Assembly: GCA_963514005.1 (NCBI GenBank)
Contig: CAUPSL010000078.1
Span: forward strand, 62,001 to 126,000
Reading direction: 5' to 3'
From: Raja brachyura
Taxonomy: Eukaryota
Length of the DNA stretch: 64,000 bases
Shown in pieces: positions 39,535 to 53,198 of the stretch. The notes beneath the pieces are model-generated. The model was not told where the DNA came from. It saw only the letters and a program-made list of their open reading frames with translations, and did not search any database. Position numbers and translations under genes: made by a program. Positions within the stretch are counted from its first letter, which is position 1. Every line of letters starts with the position of its first letter.

Positions 39535-40052
39535 GTTATACATGGCCCTGATGAGACTGCACCTGGAATACTGTGTGCAGTCTTTGTCTCCTAGTTTGAA
39601 GAAGTACATTCTTGCTATTGAGGGAATGCAGCAAGGTTCACCAGGATGGCAGGACTAACATATGATAAAATAATGAATCAACTGGGCTTATATTCACTGG
39701 AATTCAGAAGGATGAGAGGGAATCTTACAGAAACACCGAAACCGATTAAGGGATTTGACAGGCTAGAAGCAGGAAAATAAGGGGAAGACCATTTAGGATT
39801 GAGATGGGGAAAAACATTTTCACCCAGAGTGTTGTGAATCTGTGGAATTCTCTGCCACATAAGGCAGCGGAGACCAATTCACTGTATTCAAGAGAGAGTT
39901 AGCTCTTAGGGTTAACGGAATCAAGGGATATGGGGAGAAAACAGGAACGGGGTACTGATTTTGGTTGATCAGCCATGACCATATTGAATGATGGTGCTGT
40001 CTTGAAGGGCCGAATGGCCGACTCCTGCACCAATTTTCTATGTTTCTATGTC
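39535..40052 (+). mobile_element. CR1-type LINE 3' fragment
   Basis: gccctgatgagactgcacctggaatactgtgtgcag..aggatgagagggaatctt..cagagtgttgtgaatctgtggaattc..ctatgtttctatg tail. Confidence 0.8.
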
Positions 40053-41226
40053 TAAGCGGACAAATATGCCAAAGTGCATTCTTTGCTTTCCTGTCTACCC
40101 TTGTTGGCATTTTTACGTAACTTATGAACTTGCAACCCAAAGACACTCTGTACATTAACACCCCTCAGGTTCTGACCTTTTATGTCCTACCAGAACATGA
40201 CATGATGATGCACACAACTTCACACATGTCCAGATTACATTTATTCTGCGATTGCTCCATCCAGCTCTCAAGATAATCTGTATCTCACTGTATCCATAGA
40301 CAACCTTATTCAATGTTTATGAATCCATCAATGTACATGTCATCTGCAAACCTAGTAATCAAACCACCTATATTCACATCCACATCATATATACTATGCA
40401 CTGCAAAACACAAAGGGCTGCAGGGACGCTGCAGGTCAGGTAATAACTGGAGCAATGTTTTCCACTCAGCACGTACTCCTGCAGTCTAGAATGGACAGAT
40501 GATGTTTTGGGTCAGACACTTCTTCAGACTGACTGTGATAGAAAGCTGAAAAAGAGAGGTGGGGCTGGGACAAAGCCTGACAAGTGATACAGGTGATAAG
40601 ACATAAAATGCTGGAGCAACTCAGCGGGCCAGGCAGCATCCCTGGAGAGAAGGAATGGGTGACATTTTAGGTCAAGATTCTTCATCAGACTAGTTGGGGA
40701 TAAGGGAAACAAGAGATATAGACAATGATGTAGAGAGGTAAAGAACAATGAATGAAAGATATGCAAAAAAGTAACGATGATAAGGGAAACAGGCCATTGT
40801 AAGCTATGGGTTGGGTGAAAACGAGAAGCTGGTGCGACTTGAGAACAGATTTGATAAGTAGATGGGTGGAGTAAGTGGCAACGGCTAGAGGTGAAAAGGT
40901 GACAAAGGGTCTGAAGATGGGTCTCGACCAGAAACATCACCCATTCCTTCTCTCCAGAGATACTACCTGTCTCGCTGAGTTACTCCAGCTTTTTGTGTCT
41001 ATCTTCGGTTTAAACCAGCATCTGCAGTCCCTTCTTACACAAGAGACAAAGGGTGTCAGGTAAGGAGATAAGAGGAGTGAAATGTAAAGCCAGATGAAGG
41101 GCCAAAGGTGGAAGGAGACAAGGGGGTGGGGGGGGGGGAGTAGAAAGATAGGGTATAAAAGTGCAATGAGAGAATTGAGGAGGGGAGATGCATAAACAAA
41201 GGGAAAAGGAACTGAGTGATTGGGAG

Positions 41227-41516
41227 GAAAGATCCTAAAGCGGGGCAAGATAGATCACTCCTGCCAAATGCAATGGGCTGACATGGAGTACGCAACGGAA
41301 CGGAACATGGGCCTTTTTTTCATCCATTTCCGTAAACCGACCCGACCCGACTCGCAGTGTAATCAACGTTGCGGGGGAACAGTTTGTGTTAATAAATTAA
41401 AATTCTGAAAACGAGGAGAAGATTTTTTACCAGATAACTTTTATTTTTACGATGATGTTTCCGTAACCGGCTTCTGTTTCGTCGATTGATCTATCTTGCT
41501 TGCTATAGGATCTTTG
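41227..41516. mobile_element. 290-bp MITE with ~30-bp TIRs and 8-bp TSD (P-element- or hAT-like)
   Basis: (g)AAAGATCCTAAAGCGGGGCAAGATAGATCA...TGATCTATCTTGCTTGCTATAGGATCTTTG. Perfect TSD ATTGGGAG at 41219-41226 and 41517-41524. Confidence 0.85.
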
Positions 41517-42561
41517 ATTGGGAGAGTGGGTGGTAATGGGAGAAATAGGTGAATAGGTGCATGTCAGGGTGGACAGGAAAGAGCGGGTGTTGGTGGGGGG
41601 GGGGGGGGGGGGGGAGGGGGGGGGGATGGGATGAAGGGGAGGGTATTGCCTCAAATTGAACAATTCAATGTTGATATCATTGCACTGTAAGCTATCCAAG
41701 TAGAACATCGAGTGCTGTTCCTCTAGATTTCATGTGTCCTCACTCTGGCAATGGCAGAAGCTAAAGACAGGATGGTTGGTCTGGTACTGGGAAGGGGAGT
41801 TGAAAGGTTAGGAGCTGGGAGATCCAGCGGGCATTGACAGACAGAATGCAAGTGCTTTTTAAATGGTCGTCCAGTCTATGCCGATGCAAAAGAGGCTGCT
41901 TTGGGACACAGAAAGTGGTAGATGCCTGGAACACACTCTCAGGAGAGGTGGATGCAGATGCTACAGCACAATATATGTGGATAAGCATTCACACACATGA
42001 ACAGGCAGGAAATAGAGGGGTATAGACCACATGGTGACGTGGAATTAATGTAAATAGGGTCTGAAAAAGGGTCTCGACCAGAAACATCACCCAGAAACAG
42101 AGATGCTGCCTGTCCCGCTGAGTTGCTCCAGCTTTTTGTGTCTATGTTCTGTTTTAACCAGCTTCAGCAGTTCCTTCCTGTACATCCTGCCTTGTGCATC
42201 ATTGTTCTGTGTTTACAAATACAGTGTAAATAAAACCTGGCATCCTGTGTACCATTTAAATCAATTATGATTGATGTATGTTTTTATTCCACGTAATCCT
42301 ACAAAGTATCCCACAAATACACCACTCAGTGGCAGCATTCAGTGGATGGTGGCTGAGGTAAGGCAACGATCAACTAGTTCATGGATCACATTTGTTTTCT
42401 GTTGACATTGTCCTTTACAATTTAATTTAACAATTATTTTTAATCTTTTTTCCCCAAGTTACTGAACGTTTTCCACAGGAAGTACTTTTTTATGGCCCAT
42501 TCTAGTGAGAATATTGCTGATTGAAAAACAAGGAAACTGTTCCAGTGGGCAGCATTATTAT

Positions 42562-42881
42562 GGGCGGCACGGTGCAGTAGAGGTAGAGTTACTGCCTTAC
42601 AGCGCCAGTGACCCGGGTTCGATCCTGACTACAGGTGCTGTCTGTATGGAGTTTGTACATTCTCCCAGTGACCCGCATGGGTTTTCTCCAAGGCCTTCGA
42701 TTTCCTCCCACACTCCAAAGACGTACAGGTTTGTAGATTATTGGGCTTGGTGTAAATATTAGATTGTCCCTAGTGTGTGCGTGTATGTGTGTGTAAAGTA
42801 GCGATAGTGCGGTAATCACTGGCCGGTGCGGACTCGGTGGGCTGAAGGACCTGTTTCTGTTCTGCATCTCTAAACTAAACT
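42562..42881 (+). mobile_element. tRNA-derived SINE (HE1/V-SINE-like), full length
   Basis: gggcggcacggtgcagtag..ggttcgatcc..ctctaaactaaact. Confidence 0.85.
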
Positions 42882-45800
42882 ATTAACGTCTGTATCAAAA
42901 TACTGATGAAAATAAAATCATCGAACACGGAAACTTGTGTCTGTGCGAGCAGTCAAGCACTAATCCCACACAAAACTGTTCCAAATGTTGCGGGAGTCCA
43001 GAACCAGGGATCAGTTTAAAACTAAGGGGTAGGCAATTTAGAACTGAGATGAGGAAGAACTTTTTCAACCAGATAGTTGTGAATCTGTGGTACAAGAAAA
43101 CAAGACTAAGAGTTAGATTTAGCTCTTAGGGTATTGGAATCAAATGATTATGGGGGGAAAAGCAGGAACGAGGTACTGATTTTGGATGATCAGCCATGAT
43201 CATATTGCATAGATACAGACGTTAATAGTTTAGTTTACAGATACAGAGCAGAAACAGGCTGGTTCGAAGGGCCGAATGGCCTCTTCCTGCACCTACAGTA
43301 TTTTCCATGTTTCTTTGCTTCCATGTAAATCTCACATTCCCATTAACTTCTCTCGCCTCTCAATTTTCCCATCACCCACATTCACTGGGGGAAAATCACC
43401 TTCCAGTAAAATAACATGATCCTACCTCACAAAAGTTTATAAACGCTTTAAGTGTAACCTTGTTAAATGTCTTCTGAACTGGTGATTAATCTTTATCTCC
43501 CATTTTCCCTTTCTTCTCAAAAATGTACATACTTCAGCAGGCATAACTACACTTTTACACATCCTTACTGTTCTCGCTGATAAATCCACAACAGGTCAAG
43601 AGAAATGAGGAATGTATTGCTGGACTCGACTCTCAATATTAATCAGCAAAAGGCCCATGTTCTAGGGTATGATTACATTACAAAAACTACCAAATAACCT
43701 TTCCGTTTTCAGTAGAAAATAAGGTAAAATAATGACGTGGTGCTATAAACCTGACACAGAAATATAACATGTTGGAAATGGTCCAACAGCATCTGTGGAG
43801 GTAACTAGAGTTGCGACATTTTAGTTGCCAAATTAAATGATGAAGCTCCAGAACGTGAATTCAGATTTCCTCTCCTTAAGCTTAACATTTTCCATGCTTT
43901 CTGTGAATTTAGTTTGATTTAGAGATACAGTGCAGAAACAGGTCCTTCGGCCCACCGATTCCATGCAAGTCAGCGATCCCCACACACTATCACTATTCTA
44001 TGCACACGCTTGGGACAATTTAGAATTTTACTAACGCAATTGGTATGTCATTGGCGTGTGGGAGGAAACCGGAGCACCCGGAGGAAACCCGCGCCAGTCA
44101 TGGGATGGGAAGTCCGTACAAACTCCATACAGACAGAAACCGTAGTCAGGATTGAACGCATGTCCTTGTGCTGTGAGGCAGCAGCTTTGCCGCTGCACCA
44201 CCGTGCCGATCCATATTTTTAGCATTTCCTGCCAAATCCTACACTGTATCACAAGATGACTTCTCATGCAGGCTTGGTCATGTCATTTCAAATATTATTT
44301 TGAAAATATTACTACACACTCCAGCAAATGGTTTATGAATAATAGACGCGACTTACTATGCCAGTAAAAATACCAGTTGTTAAAAATGTAATTCCCTCCA
44401 AATTTCATTCCCTTCTGATGTGCAGCAAGTAAGAATCTCATTGTCCTATCTGGGACAAATGACAATTAAACACTCTTGACTGTTGAAGATGTGAGGAAGG
44501 GTCTCAACCTGTAACATCACCTATTTCTGTTTATCAGCAATGCTGCTTGACCCACTGAGTTACTCCAGCATTTTGTGTCTATCTTCGGTGTAAACCAGCA
44601 TCTGCAGTTCCTTCTTACAAAGATGTTCCTCTACCACCCGAGTTCCTGCAGCAGTCATTTTTATGATACTAGGTTGACATGCAATTGAGACATGCTGTGA
44701 GCTTCCCTTCAAAGCACGAGGACAATTAAGCCCATATGTTAATTCCATGCACATTTTAACCAATGACGTATTGTAAAGCCTTAACAGTGTAATTTACATT
44801 CAGGTTTCAGATAACGCATTTGACCATGAACAGATGTCTATCTCATTACATTCTACCAGATAATGCTTTGAAAGTCTGGAAAAGAGCCTCGCCCCGAAAT
44901 GTCACCCATTCCTTCTCTCCAGAGATGCTGCATGTCCCGCTGAGTTACTCCAGCTTTCTGTGAATCTTTGAAAGACATTCTCCCTCCCCACACTTCCTGC
45001 AGCTTAACATGCTTCTTTTTTTCTCCCAGAAAAAGACACAAAGTGCTGGGACAACTCGACGAGTCAGGCAGTATCACTGGAGAACATGGATATGTGACAG
45101 TGTTGTTGTGGAATGGGATCCTTCTTCAGACTAATTGTGGGAGGTGGGGGGGGGGGGGGGGGGGTGGTATGGGCGTTGTAGAAGGGGGGGAGAAGAAGGA
45201 AACTGGATGAGAGGATGGGCAGGCAATAGGCGAACATAGGTGAGGAGAGGGTATTGGTGGTATCTTTTCATCTATAATCTGCCATACTTTGTCCTGCCCC
45301 TCCTCTCGTCCAGCTTTATTTATTCTCACAATCAGTCTGAAGAATGGTCCCGACCTGAATCATCACCATCCCCACGTTCTCCAGTAATGTTGCCCATCCC
45401 ACTGTGTTATTCCAACACTCTGTCTTTTTTTGTTAACCAGCATCTTCAGTTCCTCGTTTCTTCTTTCTACTCCTTCCTGGTCCTGAAGGGTCTCTGGCCT
45501 GAAACATTAGCACTGCTTTCCTTCCCACATATGACCTACTGCATATTGCCAGTGCTTTTTGTGCATATTACTAAAGACAATTTTAACATTACTATTCCAG
45601 CATGCATTAATGAATTACTATCCTTTTCAACAATGTTCAACATTGCTATGTTTTGAGATACAGCACGGAAACAGGCCCTTTGGCCCACCGGGTCCGTGCC
45701 GGCCAGTGATCCCCGCACATTAACATCCACTAGGGACGATTTTTACATTTACCAAGCCAATTAACCTACAAACCTACACGTCTTTAGAATGTGGGAGGAA

Positions 45801-48800
45801 ACCGAAGATTTTGGAGAAAATCCACGCAGGTCACAGGGAGAACGTACAAACTCCATACAGACATCGGGATTGAACCCGGGTCTCTGGCACTACATTCACT
45901 GTAAGGCAGCAACTCTAGTGCTGCACCACCATGACTGCCCTTTGTTCAAGGTATGAACATTTCAGCATGCAATTCTAATGCAAAAATATCACATAAATAT
46001 CAAACAACAGTGTTATTCAAACAAGTAGATTATATAAAGACATGTTGGAATCCTGAGCAATGAAATACTGGAGGAACTCAGTGAGTCAGGCAGCATCTGT
46101 GGATGGAATGGACAGGTAACGTTTTCAGTCAGAACCCGTCTTCAGTAGTTTAAATATTTTTGAATCCAGCCACTTGCAATACATCAGTAATTTTATTGGT
46201 CTTTAGGTTAGTTTACAGTTACTGCATGGAAATGGGCCCTTCAGCCCACTGAGTCCATACTGACCATTGATCTCCCATTCACTAGTTGTTCCACTTTCTC
46301 ATCCACTCCTTACACACTCGTAGGCATAGGCAAATTAACCTACAAACCTGCATGCCTTCGGGGTGTGGGATGAAACCAGAGCACCCGGAGGAAACCCATG
46401 CAGTCACAGGTAAAACATGCAAACTCCACATAGACAGACCCGAGATCAGGATTGAACCTGGGTCTCTGGCACGATGAGGCAGCAGCTCTCTACCATTGCA
46501 CCACTGCTGTAGTTCCCAAAACCAATTAACACAGGTTAATGGCAACAAAAATCAAAGGAGCATTGGCGGCCATGGGTGACTGTGTTTTATGGAAAATAAA
46601 GTTGGGAGGGAATAGGATCGATGAATGAAGGAATGAATGAATGATACTCTATTGTCACATGTACCCGGGTTACCTGTGTATGGTGAAATGCTTTGTTTTC
46701 CATACAACCTCAGTCTATCCTTGATTGGACTTTGCTGGCTTCACTTTGCACTAAAAATTATTCCCTTATGATGTGTCCCTACACAGTAAAAGCATTCATC
46801 GTAACCATGTATTGTCTTTCTACTGACTGGTTAGCATGCAACAAAAAGCTTTTCACTGTACCTCGGTACACGTGACAATAAACTAAACTGAACCTAGGCA
46901 GTACAAAAGTGTCGCCATGTGTTGGTACAGACAAAGTTACAAAAGTACCGAACAGTCCTATCCACTGTCTGTTGCCATACATGGCAGCAGACCCCATCCC
47001 CACCAGTACCCCCTTCATTCTTGGTGGCACTCCCACCCCCACAGTTCCCCCTTTATCCTCGTCCTTCCTCAATGGGAGAGCCTCCCTGTGCTGAATGCCC
47101 TACTGCTACAATGTTCTAAGTATAAGATTAGATTAAGCAATGCTCACTGTTGGACTTTGTACCTGAAAACCTTTATTACTTTGTTGTTCTCTTTGAATAA
47201 AAACATTCTTGGGTGTTCTTGGCTGAACAAACTAAAATGTGTTGGTTTTTCCGTGACGTTTGAATTCGGGTATCATGCTCACCAATCTTTTTTAACAGAT
47301 GCAGCATGGAAACAGGCCTTTCTGCCCACTGAGTCTGCACTGACCATCAATCACCCATACACTAGTTCTATGTTCACATCCTACACACTCAGGGCAATTT
47401 ACATAGGCCAATAAACCTACAAACCCTCACGTCCTTGGAACGTGGGAGGAATACGGAGCACCCAGAGGAAACCCGAGCGGTCACAGGGAGAACGTATCGA
47501 CTCCATACAAACAGAATCCATTGTTGGAATCCTTCTTGTGTCTGTGTAGGAAGGAACTGCAGATGCTGGTTTACACCAAAGAAAGCAACAAAATGCTGGA
47601 GTGATGCAGTGGAACAGGTAGCATCGCTGGATAGAAGGATTCAGCATTTTAAAGATCAATACTTTGAGGGCCCCCTTTACAATGACATGTGCATCCCATC
47701 ATTTGGAATGCTCCTTCGCCTACTCTTACTTTCAAAGCATTCTCCACACATATAGTCACAGAGACACACAAACAGACCCATCAGCCGACAGAGTCCACTG
47801 ACCATGAAGCACTAATTCCATACCATTCCATTCCATCATTGAATGGATCTACAGGAGGAGCTGCCTCAGAAAGACAGCTAATGTCATCAGAGACCCACAC
47901 CAACCTGGCCATACTCTCAGGGCCGGCCACCCAGATCTTCGCCCGGAAGATCTGGCCCATCCATCATGGACCGAGTTCTTGGTCGCTGTGGATCAAGGAT
48001 GGAGGAACCATCTGGAAGGCTCAATTCTCCGGCCCAGAGTGGAAGGAGTCAGATGGATGGGGTATAGACAGACTGGCTGCGTGAGGGAATGCACTGCCTC
48101 AACAGTGGAGTGGGCGCTGGAGGCCCTGCAGCAGCCTGGAGCTTGGCTGTTCCAGGTGCCGCTCCAAGAGGCTGGGCGCATGGACCAGTTGCTCCCTGCA
48201 GCAGTAGAGGACACCACAGCTTCGCTGTGCCAGGCCGACCCTGTAACAACACCAGGACAATGGGGCTCATGATCTGGCCAAGGACGCTCACTTACAACAA
48301 CTGGGACGTGATAATGGCACTAAGAACTGGCGACACGTACTGTATCTGAGATGCTTATCTAAGATATATCTAAGGGTTTATAAATATAGTGATACCTGTA
48401 CTAAACTGTATACAAAAATAAATTTCACTGTACCTCGGTACATGCCACAAATAAAATACCATTGAAACAATGAACTACCTTTGAGGTGAGAGAGCCTGAG
48501 AACTGTTAGCTCCAGGTTTAAGAGCAGCTTTTTTCTGACGAGCAACAGGCTTTTAAACACTGCACAACACTAACCACGACCTCACCTCAACAACTCTTAT
48601 CTGTGATGGACTTTATTTTGCTTGCAGTAAGGAAGTTTTGTTTTTCCACTGTTATGGTTTGGTTACCTAGTATAACTAATATTAATTTATTGTGTCAGTG
48701 ATTGTTTTATATTCAATATGTGCATAAGAATTTCATTGTTCCATTGCCAGTACAGATGACAATTAAACTCTTGCTCTCGACCAACCCATTCTTATTCTCT

Positions 48801-49336
48801 GCAAATTCCCATCATCTCTCTCCAGATTCTATTACTTACCTACAAATGACAGTCAATTTACACTGTAGAAACAAGGAACTACAAATGTTGGTTCACAAAG
48901 AAAGATGCGCAAAGTGCTGGAGCACCTTAGTGGGTAAGGCAGCATCCCTGGAGAACATAAATATGTGATTATGGATAGATGTTTCGGGTCAAGACCCCTT
49001 CTTCACTCTGTGGAAGGGTGTTGACCCTAAACGTCATCTATCCACGTTTGCCGGGGATGCTGCCTGACCAGCTGAGTTACTCCAGCACTTAGAGATTGAC
49101 ACAAAATACTGGAGTAACTCAGTGGGACAGGCAGCATCTCTGGAGAGAAGGTCTCGAGCTGAAATGCCACCTATTCCTTTTCTCCAGCGTCGCTGTCTGA
49201 CCCGTTGAGTTACTCCAGCTGTTTGTGTCTATCTTCGGTTTAAACCAGCATCTGCAGTTCCTCACGACGCAGCTCCTCCCTTGGCATTGTTCCTCAGCAT
49301 TGCAAACCATCTTCCAGTTTTAATCAAGTGCTTAAT

Positions 49337-49341
<5 letters not shown>

Positions 49342-49408
<67 letters not shown>
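49342..49408. repeat. (TA)n microsatellite, about 33 units
   Basis: Direct reading. Confidence 0.97.
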
Positions 49409-49410
<2 letters not shown>

Positions 49411-51099
49411 TACCCCAGCACCAAATTATATATACTCACTTACATGCACACATATACACACATATAAACAACGAGAAACGGAACAATGAGATTTTTACTC
49501 AGAGCATGATAACAGGTCTGTACAGACAATAAACATAGAAAATACATAACACAACTAACAAAAAAACAAAATCAATAAATTACTAACCTCAATACTAGGG
49601 CAAACAAAATCTGAAAGTCCTTAGTGCAACCAAAGACAGTCCATAGATTTTCACAGTTGAGGTTAGCATTTTGTAGTGTTCATGTGCATGATAGTTGTTG
49701 GGAAGAAGCTATTCTTGAGCCTGGTGGCCATGGTTTTCAAGCACCTATACTTTCTTCCCCCTGGAAGGAGGTATTGAGAGTGTGGCCAGGGTGATGATGT
49801 TGGCTACCTTTTTGAGGCAGCGTCTCATGTGGATCCCTTCGATGGTGGTGAGGTCAGTACCCATGATGAACCGGGCAGTATAACATCCTGATTATTCACA
49901 AGTATAATTACTTCATCTGAAGAGTAGGCCCAAGTCGTAGAATTGCTCTCTAAATATCCCTTCCTCTTATTCTTCCTTTAAGATGCACCTTAAATGTGTA
50001 TTTTGCTAATTGTCATGTAATGCCATTAGACTGCTCGAAGTAAAAAGTTACAGAATAATATTCTTACTTGAAGCATTCTCATTGAAGCATTTTCCTACAT
50101 TGGAACTGCCATAAATATGTTATTCTTTATATATATGTCTGTTTCCCCTTTCACCAACTTAGATTATTACCATCAAAGGAGAATGTCGTTTTTTGTGTGC
50201 TGCTGGAATGTGATCATTTGATGTGTGCTGGAATGTGATCATTAAAATCTTCCCCTATATTGAACCCTGAACTACACTACACTCAACTATGAATAATGAA
50301 CAAAATAAAGCCAAAGTGTTGGAGTAACTCAGCAGATCAGGCAGCATCGCTGGTGACAGTGGATAGGTGATGTGTCAAGTCGGACCCTGTAGACCTATGG
50401 ACTGTCTTTGGTTAGACTAAGCATTCAAGGTGTTTCTTGCACGTATTGGGATTATCAATTTACTGATTTTTTAGTATGTTATCTATTTGTATTGTCTTAC
50501 AGTTCTGCTCAGCTGCTACAAGAATGGCATTGATTTGTAGTCAGCACATATGGCAATTGAACATTCTATACTCTCTTTCCTTCTGGACTCTCTTGTGGAG
50601 TGGGAACAAACCTAACATAAGCAAAATGGTGCCATTCATCCTTTGTCCCCAATCTCTAATATTCTATAAGATCATAATGATCCTCATGCAGACCACCATT
50701 TTTCCGAACTAAACTTTTCTTTGTGTATCCAAGCATCTTCCAACCCTGCCTCAAGCGTCTGATTGACTGAATGCCCACAGCCTTCTTGGACAGAGAATTT
50801 GAAACACTAATTCCCCTCTGGGTGAAATAATTTAATCTCTTTACAACACTGAATTCAATGATTCAATAGTATTTTATTATCACAGGCACCTAGGTACAGT
50901 GAAAAATTTTGTTCCATATACAACTCAGTAAAATCATATAGCAGATCTAACCTAGGCAATACACAAGTGTCACCATGTTTTGGTGCCGTACGAATGTCTG
51001 AAGCCTTATTTGTAAACTGTGAATTTTGATTTCACACACACCGGTCTGGGGAGAAATAAAAAGACCATCCCTCAAGTTCTGAACTTTGACTCACTTCAT

Positions 51100-53098
51100 A
51101 AAGTGCAGAATTTGGATGTTCAGCCCATCGAGTTTACTCCACAATTTAATCATGGCTGACCTATCGTTCCCTCTCAACGCCATTCTCCTGTCATCTCCCT
51201 GTGACCTTTGACACTCTTAGAAATCTGGCGACATGGTGGCGTTTTCCGGGTTTGTATTCCAGTCCTCTTGATATAAATCATCTTCCTGACTACCGGTTCA
51301 ATTTGCAAATTAACCTTTTGGGAGTCCTGCACCAACACTCCCAAGTCACTTTGCTCCTCCGATTTCTGGATTCTATCTCCTTTGCAAAATAATCTACGCC
51401 TTTACTCTTATTACCAAAACGCATGTCTCCACACTTTGCTATGCTGAATTTCATCTGCCACTTCTCTGCCCACTCTCCCAACCTGTACACGTTCACGTTA
51501 CTGGAGTAGAATTAGGCCATTCGGCCATCGAGTCTACTCCACCATTCGATTATGGCTGATCTGTGCCTCCTAATCCCATTTTCCTGCCTTCTCCCAATGT
51601 TAACCCGTTCTAATCAACAATGTGTCGATCTCTGCCTTAAAAATATCCACCAACGTGGCTTCCACTGCCCTCTGTGGCAATGAGTTCCACAGATTAACTA
51701 CCCTCTGATGAAAGAAATCCCTCCTCACCTCCTTTCTAAAAGAGCACCCTTTAATTCTGCGGCTATGACCTCTGGTACTAGACTCACCCACCAGTGGAAA
51801 CATCCTTTCCACATCCACTCTATCTTTGCTTTTCATTATTCTGTAAATTTCAATGAGGTTCCCCCCTCAACCTTCTCAACTCCAGCGAGTAGAGGCCCAG
51901 TTCTGTCAAACGCTCATCATATGCTAACCCACTCATTCATGGAATCATTCTTGTAAACCTCCTCTGAACCAGAACCAGCACATCCTTCCTCAGATAGGGG
52001 GCCCCAAATTTGCACACTGTACTCCAAATGTGGCCTAATCAGCACTTTTGGAGCCTCAGAATGACATCTCTGTTTTTTGTATTCCAGTCCTCTTGATTTA
52101 AATCACCTTCCTGACTACCGATTCAATTTGCAAATTAACTTTTTGGAAATCCAACACCAACACTCCCATGTCACTGTGCACCTCAGATTTCTGGATTATC
52201 CCTCCATTGGTAAAATAATCTACGCCTTTATTGTTATTACCAAAATGCACGTCTCCACACTTTGCTATACTGAATTTCATCTGCCACCTCTCTGCCCACC
52301 TCTATACTGAATTTCACCTGCCACCTCTCTGCCCAAATCCTTCTGCAAAGCTCTTGCTTCCTCTACACTGCCTGTCCCTCCACCTATTTTAGCATCAACT
52401 GCAAACCTGGCCACAAAACATTCTATCCCCTTATCCAAATCATTAATAAACCACATAAACATGATGACTGCATGTTTGGAGCTAAGAGTTTTCGCTCAGT
52501 AAATAGCAAAATCCGCAGTGTGTGACACATTCCAGAAAATTAGTCAAGCATGATTTCCCTTTCAAAAATCCATGTTGACGGACTAATCATTTTACTGCTA
52601 TCCAAATGCCCCATTATTACCTCTTTAATAATTGACTCCAGCACCTCTCCCACCATCGAAGTCAGACTAACTAGTTTGTAATTCCCCGTTTTCTCTCTCG
52701 CTCCTTTCTTGAAAAGTGGGATAACATTAGCTATCCCCCAAACCACAGGAGCTGATCCTGAATCTATTGAACATTGGAAAATGATCACCAATGCGTCCAC
52801 TATTTCCAGAGCCACCTCCCTGAGGACCCTGGGATGCAGACCATCAGGCCCAGGGGATTTATCATCCTTCAGTCCCATTAGCCTACCCAATACTATTTCT
52901 CGCCTAATGAAAATGTATTTCAATTCCTCTACCCCCTTAGGCCCTCTGTCCTCCAGTACATCTGGGAGATTGTTTGTGTTTTCTTTAGTGAAGACAGATC
53001 CAAAGTACCTATTCAACTCCTCTGCCATTTCCTTGTTGCCCATACTAATTTCACCTGTGTCAACCTTCAAGAGACCCACATTTGACTTTGCTAATCTT
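51100..53098 (-). mobile_element. Cluster of CR1-type LINE ORF2 fragments
   Basis: KSPGPDGLHPRVLREVA..ANVIPLFKKG..NYKLVSLTS; FINDLD..ARFAVDAK; WAEKWQMKFSIAKC; RVVNLWNSLP. Confidence 0.9.
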
Positions 53099-53198
53099 TA
53101 GTGACTGTGCTAATCTTTTCCTGATTTTGCATTGTACTCATGCCTCTCTCTCTTCCGACATTTGGCCATAAACTTGAACCTGTCAAACAAGGCACTTT

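Noticed and set aside
47930-48290. GC-rich segment with overlapping short ORFs
   Set aside because: Embedded in a Rex/Babar-like 3' remnant with no recognisable protein motif or splice pair; probably an unclassified repeat.
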